DNA of 64,000 nucleotides from Sphyrna mokarran. Taxonomy: Eukaryota. The stretch spans positions 102,672,001-102,736,000 of the forward strand of contig JAGIQG010000009.1 of NCBI GenBank assembly GCA_024679065.1. The letters are read 5' to 3'. This document shows positions 37,028 through 50,200 of the stretch, one piece after another. Position numbers and translations under genes: made by a program. Position 1 is the first letter of the stretch; every line of letters starts with the position of its first letter. Below the pieces are notes generated by a model that was not told the DNA's origin, ran no database searches, and was given only the letters and a program-made list of their open reading frames with translations.

Positions 37028-38875
37028 ACTGAGAAAATTATTTCTGGTGAAGAATTTCCCAAAATCTGGGTTTCCCAAACATTTCCAGCTATGGGACACA
37101 TTTGCCCTCCAAAGAGTATTGAAGGATCCCTTGGTAGAAACATCCTTAATGTTTGAACCGATCCATTTCAAAAAACGATTGCTTCCATGTAATGAGTACA
37201 AACTTGCAAAAACCTAATTTAAAAACCAATTTTTTATATGTATGTATTTGCTATAACTTAAACGTTTTCTTGTAAAAATCCTCCTGACCTGAGGCTTTCC
37301 CATTTTCATGGTCTTTCAAAGCTCATCTCATCCACAATTTCTACCTTTTCCTTAACCACTTCTTAATTTAGTTTCTGATCATTCCACTTCCTTCCCTGGA
37401 TTCGATTTCAAACACATACTCTCACAGTCCAAAGATGTGCGGGTTAGATTGATTGGCCATGCTAAATTGCTCCTTAGTGTCAGGGGCTGGCTAGTGCAGA
37501 AGGTCATTCAGCCCATCGAGAATGCGCCAGCAACAATCCCACCCAGTCTCTTCCTATATTCCCAGATATTTACCTTGCTAACCCCCTGACACTAGGTCAA
37601 TTTATCATGGCCAATCAGCCTAACCCGCATATCTTTGGACTGTGAGAAGAAACTGGAGCACCCAGAGGAAACCCACGCAGACATGGGGAGAATATGCGAA
37701 CTCCACACAGACATTCACCCAAGGCTGGAATTGAATCCGGGCCCCTGGGGCTTTGAAGCACCAGTGCCGTAATGCCATTGTCAAGTGACAGTGATCTTTC
37801 TCCATTGCCCCAAGCTTCAGTGCACTCCTCAGCATGCTGGCCTCTGGAATGTGTCAATCTGCAACATTGGTTCAGTGACAACTCTTTGCCTTGATCGGTG
37901 GGGAGAGGTAGTTGGTGCCAATGGATACTGCCCACTGGGCACTCTGGTCCTGCCCACCAAGAGCCTGGTGGTGCCACAATGCTGCAGCATATGGAGGTTG
38001 GGCCTGAGGACCCAAGTTTGAGAAGGCGGGGGAGACAAACAGACAGGAACTTGTGGAAGAGGGGAGGGAATTTGATAACTCTGCAGGGAAGGGATTTATC
38101 GTGAGCAGTAGCAATTGGGGGATTGACTGGTGAGGGCAGTGATTGAGGGGAATGGTTGGAACTCTGCAGGGATGATAATGCAGGGTAGGGGAGGGCTGTG
38201 TGGTGCCTGGGGCAGTGATGGCAGGCATTGGGGACAATGCCTAGGATGGCAATGGGGGAAGTGGGATATCGATTGGAGGAACTGAGCACAGTTCACTGGG
38301 AGATTAGGCTCCTGTGCAATGTGCTCAGCAGCACACCTCCAGCCCCACCAACTGGTGAGAATCACATGGAGGCTCCGTTTTTGCAAAGTGCCATAAATTT
38401 GTATTACTTACCTGATTTGAAAAAAAAAGCAAGAAAACCTACCGTTTGCTCTCCTGTTCGACACTCTCTTTCAGAAAATTCTGCCCACTAATTTGGGTTC
38501 AGAGCAGAGTGTATCTTAAAAGGGACTTGTATAATATTCCAACTTTTCAAGTTCTCCCTTGTTAAAACTACTTTTCCACCGTCTTTTGAGCCACGGTTCA
38601 ATTCTGGGATCTTTCTATTCGGTTACAACACCAATTACACTGATAGTTTTGATATCTTCTAATCCCACTTGTTCAGGATGGGGGAAATATGCTGTCACAC
38701 CCTTAAGATTGATACCCAACATTTCAGACCTGTTTAATTGGTATAATATCTTTACTAAATCAGTCCCTTATCAGTGACTGTATTTAGAAGCTGTTTTTCT
38801 GTGGTTACTCGGAATGGATTATTTTACTTTTAAAACAAAAGGTAGAGTGGTGAAGCTGCTTATCACCTCAAAATC

Positions 38876-38957
38876 AATAAAGTTTACACTGTATTAATGT
38901 GAAATATATCTCAAATAGATAGTCCTTAAAAGTTAGAGAAAGTTTATATCAAATAAA
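38876..38957 (+). terminator. Candidate polyadenylation signals of gene A
   Basis: AATAAA at 38876-38881 and 38952-38957 in unique sequence about 1.9 kb after the stop codon. Confidence 0.3.
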
Positions 38958-40554
38958 GATGCATAACAGTTTACTTATTAGTGTCACAAGTAGGCTTACA
39001 TTAACACTGCAATGAAGTTACTGTGAAAACTCACTCTGGTGTCTGTTTGGGTACACTGAGGGAGAATTTAGCTTGGCCAATGCACCTAATCTTTCAGACT
39101 GTGGGAGGAAACCAGAGAACTCGGATGAAACCTACACAGACATGGGAAGAACATGCAGACTATGCGCAAACAGTAATGCAAGCTGTGAATCGAACCTGGT
39201 TCCCTGATGCTGTGAAGCAGCACTGTGCCACCATGCTGCCCCAAGTGTCTAAAGCATTAGTTTATATAACTAGTCACAAATCCAGTTAGAAACTATTACA
39301 AAGAATATTCATAATGCTTTGTAACAAATTCAATTTGTTTTCCCTGGCATATTACAAATTAAACTAACTGAATGAAGAGTGATGAAGGAATATTTAAAGA
39401 ATATGTTTAGGGTGAATAAGATTGTTGGTCTAGGTGCCTATACAATATTTAATATTCTTCGGTCCCTACAAACAATTTATATTCTTAGGTGTCTGGAGGG
39501 ATTGGCATTGTGGTACAATGGTTCACAATGCCAGGGACCCGGGTTTGATTCCCAGCTTGCGCCACTATCTATGTGGAGTTTGCACATTCTCCCTATGTCT
39601 GCATGGGTTTTCCCCAGGTACTCAGTGTCCTCCCACAGTCGGAAAGATTTGCTGGTTAGGTACATTGGCCATGCTAAATTCTCCCTCAGTGTACCCAAAT
39701 AGGCGCCAGAGTTTGTGGCGAATAGAGGATTTTCACAGTAACTTCATTGCAGTGTTAATGAAAGCCCACTTGTGACACTAATAAATCAGCTTTAAACTTT
39801 AAAACTATTTATTTGTAGGCATAGATATTATGTGATGAATTTTTATGAATTTATTATACGATCATAAAGGGTACACGTGTCAGCTCCATCATGTTAAGAG
39901 AACTGCAGAATATTAAAATGACACAAAATGGATACTAGCCACGTTCCTGGACACAATTTGCTGGCTTAATCACAAGCTTGTGTACAACAGCAGAGACAGT
40001 TACCACAGATACTGGTAGCTGGTACAGCCCATAGTCCAAGGTCTCAGATGGAAGCTAGACATGTCAGATTAGGGAGGACATTCATAGAAAATGATAAGAG
40101 GGGCCACCAGACAAGGAGTATTCTAAACTCAAGGACTCTAGATGGGAGAAAAGATGATAATATTAATGAGGTACCATGAGCTGTATCCATGACATAATGA
40201 ACTGATCACGCACAAGCCCGCTTTATGTAATGTCTTTTTTTACGGGTTATGTAACTAAGTGTATGTAATTTATAATCATTATTGGATAAGGTCCAGCCAT
40301 GATAGACTGTATAAATGTTTGGAAAATGTTATAAGAATAGATATATTTTCTTTATTGGTCAGAGAGAGGCACTGGGCTTCAACAGAAGCCATTGCCACGC
40401 GAACAAAAATAAACAGTTTGATGCGAGGACCAACTCTGAGCGTTGAGTGATTTCTTTGAGAACCTCTCCTACTAACAAAGAACATGGCTGCTGTTATTCT
40501 ACCTCCTCTCCTACTTTTTACATTATTTCTAACTTTCCTTTCTGATGTTTTATT

Positions 40555-41000
40555 GTTTGATTTGATTTATTATTGTCACATGTATTAGAATGGAGTGATA
40601 AGTATTATTTTGTGCTGCACAGGCAAAGAATACCGTTCATAGGAGACAAGGAAAGGAGAGGGTGCGGAATGTAAAGTCATAGCTAGCTTATAGAGAAAGA
40701 TCAACTTAATATAAAGTAGGTTCATTCAGAAGTCTGGTAGTATCAGGGAAGAAGCTGTTCTTGAGTCGATTGCTACATGTTTTCAGACTTTTGCATCTTT
40801 TTCCCAATGGAAGAAGGTGGAAGAGAATATGCACAGAGTCCTTGATTATGCTGGCCGTTTTTCTGAGCACGGAGTCAATGGACTGGGCTTCATAGTTTCG
40901 GTGTTGGCCAGAGCAGGAGACATACCAAGCTGTGATACAACCAGAAATAATTCTTTCTATGCGTTTGTAAACACTGTTGAGGGTCATGTACCAAGAAGTT
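40555..41000 (-). mobile_element. Rex1/Babar LINE 3' fragment
   Basis: ISGCITAWY..FHLLPLGKRCKSLKTCSNRLKNSFFPDTTRLLN. Confidence 0.85.
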
Positions 41001-41038
41001 AGGTCATCTGCTCAACCTCAAAGACTAAGGAAATAAGT

Positions 41039-41207
41039 ATGATGTGGAGATGCTGGCGTTGGACTGGGGTAAGCACAGTAAGGAGTCACAGGAAGAGACT
41101 TCTTATCATGCTTACCCTAGTCCAACACCGGCATCTCCATATCACGGCTACCATCAACATTGCAAACTTTTGGCTCCAAGTAGCAAGGATCTCCAAGACT
41201 TCTTACT
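41039..41207. mobile_element. Penelope pLTR-derived hairpin insert
   Basis: gatgtggagatgctggcgttggactggggtaagca and its inverse; TSD gaaataagt at 41030-41038 and 41208-41216. Confidence 0.75.
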
Positions 41208-43467
41208 GAAATAAGTTTCACAGGGAGCTCTTCAGCAGTTGATCTGAAATGAACTCACGGAAATTACCTCTACGCTTGATTAAAAATCCCAAGATGTCTT
41301 TCTCTGTCAAAACTTGGTTAAGCAGCGTTACATTATGTCAAATACCTCTTCTATTAAAACTGATATTTTATTCAGTTGATCAATTAATATATTTTGATTT
41401 TATGCAAATGAAATCTAATCATTAAACATCAATTTTCCTTTAGGACTCTTTAAGATAAAGAAGAAAGGATTTTGAAAATGTGATAATCACAAGTCCGAAA
41501 ATGTGCAGGTTGGATAGATTGACCATGCTAAATTTCCCTTTAGTGTCAGGGAGACTAACTAGGGTTACTGCATGGAATCTAGGTGAGATTATGGTCATTG
41601 CATTCTTGATGGGCTGAATGGCATCCTTCAGCACTGTAGGATTCTATGATTTAAAGTGGATTTCCTATCCTTCAAACACTAGTGACTGACGTAATCTCCC
41701 AGGCTGAAGAAATTGGGTCAGACATACAGAAAGAATAATTCATTACAGACTAAGTCATGGCTAGCTCAGCTGAAAAGGTAGAAGCATTCATTGCTTTTTA
41801 CTGAATTAAGTAGCTAATCCCTCGACCTATGAATATACAGAGCTGGAGTTTTCATCGACACACAAGGTTGGCAGTGGCACAAGAAAAGAAGTTAACAATC
41901 ACAGAAAGATTATACTCCAACAAAACTTACCAATGAATGAATGAATAAGGATGAGTTTTAATCAGGGAATTTGAAATGGGTAGGTGGGATCATACCAGCT
42001 CACTATGCCCATCAATTAGCGTGGTGATCCTGGAAGATAGCGTGAGAGGCCAAATATCTTTTCAGCCCTGTTTTGCCAGTGAGAACATGCCCAGAAAGGG
42101 CGCAAATCTCATTACTACTAGCTGCCTGTATCTGCATATGTTAGCGGGTCAGGCACGGCTGCTTCCATCCTTCTGGATGCTTCCAATCTCTCCAATGATA
42201 CGTCACGTCAGAGAGAATCACTGCAGTAGCGGAAATCAGATACAATGGCCACAGTAGGGGGGATTGGAGGCCATTGAGGCTTCTGGGCAGTCGGGGCATA
42301 TCTGGACCATATACATTGCCCAGTGGAGCACCGTAAGTGTACCAGGGACAGTGCAAAGGGTTCTATGACAGGGGGTTATGCATGGGGTGAGGGGATATTC
42401 ACAAGCCTATGCAGAGGAGGGACCTATGTAAAGTGGGGAGAGTTTATGCATAGGGAAGAGTTATGTGAGGGGAGGGCAGTGCAGGGGGAGATACTTCTGG
42501 AGGGTCATGCAAGGATGGGTTGCGGAGGGAGTCATGGGGGTGGGGACAGGGAATGTCAGCGGTCTGCCAGGGAACTCATTGGGAGAGTTTGGATGCCTTG
42601 ATGCTGGAGAACAATATCGGTGCGTGGGGTTACAATGCCATAGATGAAGGGGTAGGAGGTCTCCCAGTTCAACAGCAGTTTGGGGCACTTTTCAGAATGG
42701 TGCCTGAGCTCTCTGAAGCCAGCTTCACTGACACCAAACCCCTTCCCATACTAGTGAAAAGCTCCCAAATTATCAAAAAAATAGACAGAGTGCTAGAAGA
42801 GTACAGTGCACAGAGAGCTCCCATTTTCTCACCTTTATGACTCTTCAAAATTTTGGGGGAATTTCATCCCTAACCTAAAATAATTCATGGAAATGCATTT
42901 AGCAACAGGCTTTGACATGAAACATTGTCAAGATGTTATTCAGCCTAACCAAACCACGAAGGGTGGCTGGTAATTCCAATACTTACAAGCTGAAATGGGC
43001 ACTGAGATAACACAGGATTATAGCAGTAACTAGGTGGCAAATAATACTGTAGTGTATAGATACATGCATTTAAGTGGGGGGAATTTAAGATGTAAATCTA
43101 GTTTAAAGTATCTTAGGGAAACCTTGCTGGGGTTCTTCCAATTCTAGGGGCCTGTGGTTAGTGCATAGAATCCCTAAAGGAGACAATTCAGCCCATTGAG
43201 CCTATCCCCATGACATTGTGCATTTACCCTGTTCATCCTTCTGATATTAAGGGTCAATTTGGCATGGCCAATCAACCTAACCTGCACATCTTTTGAATGT
43301 GGGAGGAAACCAGAGCATACAGATGAAACCCATGCAGACACTGGGAGGAAGTGCAAATTCCACACAGTGACCCAATGCCAGAATTGAACCTGAGTCCCTG
43401 GCGTTGTGAGCCAGCAGTGCTAACCACTGAGGCTTCCCAATTGTTGCCACAGCTGACATCACAAGCA

Positions 43468-43719
43468 AAGAACTCAGTAAGAATTTAGCAACACCAATTA
43501 TTAATCCAACCGATTTATTTGATAGTAAAAAAGCGAGCTTTCAACACTCTTGTGTCTTCCTCAGGCAAGTGCAGTGTTCACTGCACTTGCCTGAGGAAGA
43601 CACAAGAGAGTTGAAAGCTCGCTTTTTTACTATCAAATAAATTGGTTGGATTAATAATTGGTGTTGCTAAATTCTTACTGAGTTCTTACCACCCCAATCC
43701 AACGCCGGCATCTTTACAT
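43468..43719. mobile_element. Penelope pLTR-derived near-perfect palindrome
   Basis: 109-bp arms 43468-43576 and 43579-43687, TT loop; TSD catcacaagcaaaga at 43457-43471 and 43720-43734. Confidence 0.88.
43533..43569 (-). ncRNA. Minimal type I hammerhead ribozyme motif (PLE-type)
   Basis: Minus strand: TTGC-CTGAGGA-A-GACAC-AAGA-GTGTT-GAAA-GC-TC-GC; core intact, stem II 5 bp, stem I weak; mirror copy on + at 43586-43622 has a stem II mismatch. Confidence 0.55.
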
Positions 43720-44243
43720 CATCACAAGCAAAGACAGAAATGGACTAAGAACAGTGGCTCCCTCTAAAAGGATGTACTTTTATCCATTGGGGAGTGCTTT
43801 TACCAAATGGGTGATTGTTTTTAAAAAACACTTTCATGAGTTTTGAGCATTTGTGGCAAGGCCAACATTTATTGCCCATCCCAAATTGCCCTTGAGAAGG
43901 TGATGGTAAGCTCCCATTTTCTCACCTTTATGACTCTTCAAAATTTTGGGGGAATTTCATCCCTAACCTAAAATAATTCATGGAAATGCATTTAGCAACA
44001 GGCTTTGACATGACCTTCTTACCATCTAGACCTTCTAGACATGACCAGCTTACCATCACCTTCTCAAGGGCAATTAGGGATGGGCAATAAATGTTGGCCT
44101 TGCCACAAATGCTCAAAACTCATGAAAGTGTTTTTTAAAAACAATCACCCATTTGGTAAAAGCACTCCCCAATGGATAAAAGTACATCCTTTTAGAGGGA
44201 GCCACTGTTCTTAGTACATTTCTGTCTTTGCTTGTGATGATGT
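43716..44243. repeat. 197-bp inverted duplication whose spacer contains a 105-bp copy of 42816-42920
   Basis: 43716-43912 is the near-perfect reverse complement of 44047-44243; 43909-44013 equals 42816-42920. Confidence 0.92.
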
Positions 44244-45803
44244 CCTGAATTGCTGCAGTCCATCTGGTGCAGGGACATATAGTGTTGTGAGAAAAGGTGT
44301 TCCAGAATTTGACCCACCAACAGTGAAGGAACCCATGACACGATTCAAAATTAGGATGGTGCGTGCTTGGGGAGGAGTTTGTAGGTGGTGGTGCCACCAT
44401 TGGGCCTGTTGCTCCATTTCTTCGAAGTACAAGTTGCAATTTGGAAGGTCCTGCCAAGTGGGCATTGATAAGTTGCTGCATCTTGCAGCTCCAACAAAGC
44501 TCAAGAGTCGGATTGAGTTGAATTGCTTTGGTGGCTGAGGAGATGTGAATGGTAATGATCATTGTACAAACATCGGTGAACATCCCTACTTCATGTTGGA
44601 GTGAAGGTCATTGATGAACTAACTGAGGATGGTGAGCCAGGACACTACCCTGAGGAACTCCTGACAGCACGCTCCGGCACTCAGATGGTTGGCCTCCAAC
44701 AAGCTACATGATCTGCCTTTGTGCTAAGTGTGACTCCAACCTGTTGAGAGATTTCCTCTGATTTTTATTGCCCAAAGAGTTGCAGGGGTGAGGAACTTGA
44801 AGGTTTTGGTGCAGAATTAGAATGGTTTCCTGCTTCAGTGTTCTGGAAACTACAGTAGAAGTATCCATTTTGTCTTTATGATGTTTACAGAGGATAAAAT
44901 TGACCAAATCAGTTTAAAAAAAAATGTGCATAGGATATCGGTGTCGCTGGCTGGGCCAATATTTATTGCCCATCCTTAATTATCTGAGGGCAATTGAGAG
45001 TCAACCACATCGTTGTAGTTCTGGAGTCATGTGTAGGACGGACCAAGTAAGAATGACAGATTTCCTTCCCTAAAAGACATTAGTGAACCAGATGGGTTTT
45101 AAATGACAATCGACAATGGTTTCATGGTCGTTGTCAGAATTTTAATTCCAGATTTTTATTCAGTTCCAACTTCACTATTTGCCATGGTGGGATTTGAACC
45201 CGGGTCCCCAGAATATTATCTTAGTTCTCTATATTACTAATCCTGTGACAATATCACTAAAGGGCTGGCAGTGGCAATGGCATTTCACATTCAGAGGCAG
45301 AGTGTTGATTTACAGCACCCACCAGCCTCTCTGCCTTTTTAAATTGTAAAAAGACAATTTGATTGCGAGTGAGGCACTTTCATTGATGCAGTGATGTACA
45401 ATTATGGCCTGGATTTTTTTTGGATGGCAGAACTCCCCCCCCTCCCTTCCCACCCCTCTGCCCTTTGCTCCCCCTCTTTCCTGTGGAATCTCTTCATCAA
45501 GAAGTCTTATCAAGTCACAACATTTTTCTAAAGAGGCTTTCTTGATAGTCCTAGATTGGGCATCATTCTGAAAAATATTTTTGCGCTTTTTCCAATGTGT
45601 CTTTTGTTGCAATATGGAGAAGAGAAATTCTGCACCCAGCGTAGTGCCATCAATAAATTCTAGTACATTACAAAATTTCTGAGCCTTAATTATTTGCGTA
45701 AGTGAAGTGGTCATATTTGAATGGACATCTCTAGATATTTGTTCAGCATGGGGGGTTAAGAGATATGAGTTAAAGGGTAGTAACTAAGAGTTAAGATATC
45801 TGA

Positions 45804-45875
45804 AGGAATATGGCTCAGTGGTAGAGCATTTGACTACAGTTTAAGAGGTCCCCGGTTTAAATCTGAGATCCTCCT
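45804..45875 (+). pseudogene. tRNA-Cys pseudogene (anticodon GCA changed to ACA)
   Basis: 72 nt colinear with vertebrate tRNA-Cys (GCTCAGTGGTAGAGCATTTGACT.CAG...AAGAGGTCCCCGGTT.AAATC); acceptor stem and T-loop mutated. Confidence 0.8.
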
Positions 45876-47228
45876 TTCAGTGTATGATTGGCATGTTTAA
45901 GAGCGGCACATTAGCACTGCTGCCTCAAAATGCCAAGGACATAGTTCAATCCCGGCCTCAGGTGACTTGTCTGTGGAGTTTGCACATTCTCCCCAGGTCT
46001 GTGTGGGTTTCCTCCAGGTGCTGTGGTTTCCTCCCACAGTTCAAAGATGTCCAGGTTAGGTTGATTGGCCAAGCTAAATTGACATTTAATATCAGGAGAA
46101 TTAGTTGGGTAAATACCTTGGGTTTTGGTGATAGGGCCTGGGTGGGTTTGTTGTCGGTGCAAGTTCAATGGGCCAAATGGCGTCCTTCTGCACAATAGGG
46201 ATTCTATGCTTCTATACAGATCAGCCATAATCAGGTAAGTAAGTTTATTTATTAGTCACAAGTATGTTTAATATCAATACTGCAATGAAGTTACTGTGAA
46301 AATCCCCTAGTCACCACATTCCGGCACCTGTTCGGGTACACTGAGGGAGAATTTAGAATAATCGATGCACCTGACCAACAAGTCTTTCAGACTGTGGGAG
46401 GAAACCAGAGCACCCAGAGGTAACCCATGAAGAGAATGTGCAGATTCTGCACACCCAAGCCAGGAATTGAACCCAGGTCCCTGGTGCTGTAAGGCAGCAG
46501 TGCTAACCACTGTGCCACCATGTTGTTTAATGGAATAGGTGGGACAGGTTTCAGTTGTTGAATGATCTATTTCTGTTTCTATATCCAAATATTCTTTTGT
46601 TTCAGTAATAGCAGAGGGTCTGAAGACCCCAGTAGCAATTTTAACCTGAAACTGGGACAGTACAGTGGCACAGCTGTTAGCAGTGCTAGGGACAGTGCCA
46701 GGGACTTGGGTTCAATTCCCAGCTTGGGTCACTGTCTGTGTGGAGTTTGCACATTCTCCCCATGTCGGCGTGGGTTTCTTCTGGATGCTTTGGTTTCCTC
46801 CCACAGTCCAAAGATATGCGGGTTAGGTGTGTTGGCCATGCTAAATTGCCTCTTAGCATCAGGGGGAATACATGAGGTCGAGGGGATGGGGCCTAGGTGG
46901 GATTGTTGTCGATGCCGACTTGATGAGCTGAATGACCTCCTTCTGCACTATAGAATTCTATAATTCTGTGGTCAAAACTGCAAGTTGTAAACCTATAGCT
47001 AAAGGAGACAATTATGGTCACTTTTCAGCAAACAGGAAATACTGACAATTTGGTGTGAAGTTGACTGCAGAATAAAATGAGATTCTGAATCAGAGGCATC
47101 AACTCAATTCTTGCTATCAAACCTCATCCTGGAAAAGGTTTGAATTGTTGATGTTTCCACATGAACAATGGCCAAACAACCCTTCGATTAAACTCAACTG
47201 GAAACACTTGAACAGAATCAGCAACTCA

Positions 47229-47295
47229 ATGCCATTTAAAGGAAATAGAATGTTCGGCTTCTATCTTTTTGCTCCTACTTACTTCATTCTGATTG
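47229..47295 (+). CDS. Gene B leader exon
   Basis: MPFKGNRMFGFYLFAPTYFILI + G|gtaagt; hydrophobic, phase 1, perfect donor; which ATG is used is uncertain. Confidence 0.7.
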
Positions 47296-50200
47296 GTAAG
47301 TGTCTGGTACAATTAAGAATGCTTCAAATTTTATTTAGATTGTGTACGATTTGGTGGAACGATCTGGAATTTATGGTATGTAACAGAACCATCGTTTAAC
47401 AAAATTCATCAACACATTGCTCAATCGTGTTTGCGAATCAAATGAGAACTTTGTTTCATTTGCGTTTTGACGACAATTGAATTTGAAGAAGAAACAATAC
47501 TTTTCACTGTATTCCAATACATGTGACAATAATAAATCAAATCAAATTCCTGAAGCCTAAAAGAATTCTCTGGGGACACAGGTTAAAATCTGTGCAGGTG
47601 GCAGAACTAAATTCAATTGATTATTTTTTAACATCTGTAATTAAAAACTCGTCTCAGTAATTGTGACCTGAAACTATCATTGATTGTTGTAAAAACACTA
47701 AGTCCCATCATTGAATCGTAGCGTTCCTAGAGTACAGAAGAAGACTATTTGGTCTATCGAGCTTGCACCAACAATAATCCTACCCAGACCCTAACCTCAG
47801 GTATTTACCCATGACATGGAAGGGAAATTTAGCACCTAACCAGCATATTTTTCAGACTATGGGAGGAAACCGGAGCACCCGAAAGAAACTGACACAGCAG
47901 TGTTAATCACTGCCATTGTGCCATCCTGTCACATTAAACGTCACGTTAAAATATGTAAAATGCAGTGAATTTTTATTAAGTATTCAACAATTAATCAATT
48001 GCTTATATGTAATAGTTTAAACAATGTAATTACATTTTTTATATTGTCACTTTTCTTTTAGAGAAATTATTATCTCCATCTTTAGCTGCTGTAACACTGG
48101 AAGTGAATCAGAACAGTCTGAATGGAACTGTTGGTCAGTCCATGCTCCTATCCGCCTCATACACAGTCTCAAACTCAAACGGATATTTCAGGATCAAATG
48201 GCTCAAAGCTGAAACTAGAATTGTGGAATATAGATGCCTGTCAAAGACAGGCAACAAGCTCGCTGATTGCAATTATCGCTGGTCAGTACAAGATGACTAC
48301 AGATTTCGGACCGCCCTTTTTCCAGAGAATGCCTCATTGCTGCTGGAGTATTTGCAGCTTAACGATAGCAGGGTTTATGAATTATCCATTAGCCACTCAG
48401 CAGGAACAGAGATGGCCAAGTTTGTGTTAACAGTCAGCCCGTCTCCAGCTACAGAATTGGTAGGTACTTCTTCATGGATGTACTCAATTGTAAAGGCTAC
48501 TTCCAGCAATGATGTATTTATTGAATTTGCAGCGGATCCACATTAAGAATTTATTTCTTGCATTGAGAGCAATGCAAATCTTCTCTGCTTTGTAAAGATT
48601 TTTGGTTTCAGTTTGCAGAATGTCTGTATAAGTTTATTTAATATGTGGTGAGAACATTATATGAGACATGTCAAAATCCAACTACATTTATACAGTGCTT
48701 TAATAGAGTAAAATATCCCAAGTGGTTTTACAGGAGGAATTATCAAACACAATTACCTAAGGATATATTAAATGTATAGCCACCTAAAGCTTGGCCAAGG
48801 GGATAGATTTCAAGGAGGGTCTTAAGGGAGACCATCAGACATAACAGCAGAAATAGGCCATTCAGCCCATTGAGTCTTAGCATCTACCCTGTCAAGCTCT
48901 CTGAGAATTCTATCTGTTTTGATAAGGTCGCTTCTCATTCTACTAAACTCCAATGAGTATGGGCTCAATCTACTTGCCTCACCTCTACTTGGTGGTCTGA
49001 CTAGTGCCTTGTGCAGATGAGAGAGATAGAAAGGCATTCAGGATTAAGGAAGAAAGCCTGGAACTCGGCACCTGAAGGCATTGTTGCCACTGGCTGAAGG
49101 GTTAGAATCGGGTCTGATGAATAGGGCAGAATTGGAGAGCTGTAAATGTCACATCTTATCCATTTTAATCTACTGACCTGATTGGAAAACTATAAGGGGT
49201 CTGGTCGTTTGTGGCCAGATCACTGGATTTAATTCACAATATTCCTCCATCATTCAATTCTTTGTTGATGTATTCAATTCAATTGTAGGAAATGAGCGCG
49301 TTTGTACTAACAGATAAAATACTATTCAGGTCTGATATTAGAAAGCATATTGCCTTAAGAATGTAACTAAACTGAAATTGTTTTTGGTTAGGAGTGAAGG
49401 AAAAAGTCTGATATCCTTCCAGAGATGGCATGGTGGCACAGTGATTAGTAGAGCTGCCTCTCAGCGTTCGGGATCCAGGTTCGATTCCCAGCTTGGGTCA
49501 CTGTCTGTGTGAAGTCTGCAAGTTCTCCCATGTCTGTCTGGATTTCCTCCAGGTTCTCCGGTTTCATCCCACAGTCCGAAAGATGTGCCATACTAAATTC
49601 CCTTTCAGCGTACTCGAACAGAGTGCGGCGACTAGAGGTTTTCACAGTAACTTCATTGCACTGTTAATGTAAGCCTACTTAAGACACCAATGAATAAAGT
49701 TTAAACAAGCACAGTTTGATACTGTAATGGGGACAGTGGGTTTCTATGGATGAAAGGCTAGAAACAACTCAAAATGAATCACTGATTTGATAATTTTACA
49801 GAATAAAAATGCCTTCTGCTGTAACTAATATAGAGCCATTCAATCTTCCTCAGAAGACAACTGTCTGTATCTCTGTGGCCTTGTACTAACTAATCACTAA
49901 AATTGAACAGAAAACTAAATGCACTTCTTTAGGTTTTGCATGAGAAGACAAGAAGTTCACAACTTAAAAACTGCCACATCTGATACTAGGGAGTGAACTG
50001 AGTTATGGAACAAAGAACAAAGAAGAACAAAGAACAAAACAGCACGGGAAACAGGCCCTTCGGCCTAACGAGCCCGCGCCGCCACCCCAATGTTCCCACC
50101 TCTACCCGTGACCCCTGTCCATGTTTATAGATCTATGGATTAAAAACCAAATTTGAGACAATTTAAGGAGAATTTGTTTTGCCAATTAGCCTAAGAGCAC

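Noticed and set aside
37615-38491. Overlapping ORFs up to 224 aa
   Set aside because: GC-rich repeat interior read into a SINE; no recognisable domain; similar element at about 41900-42870.
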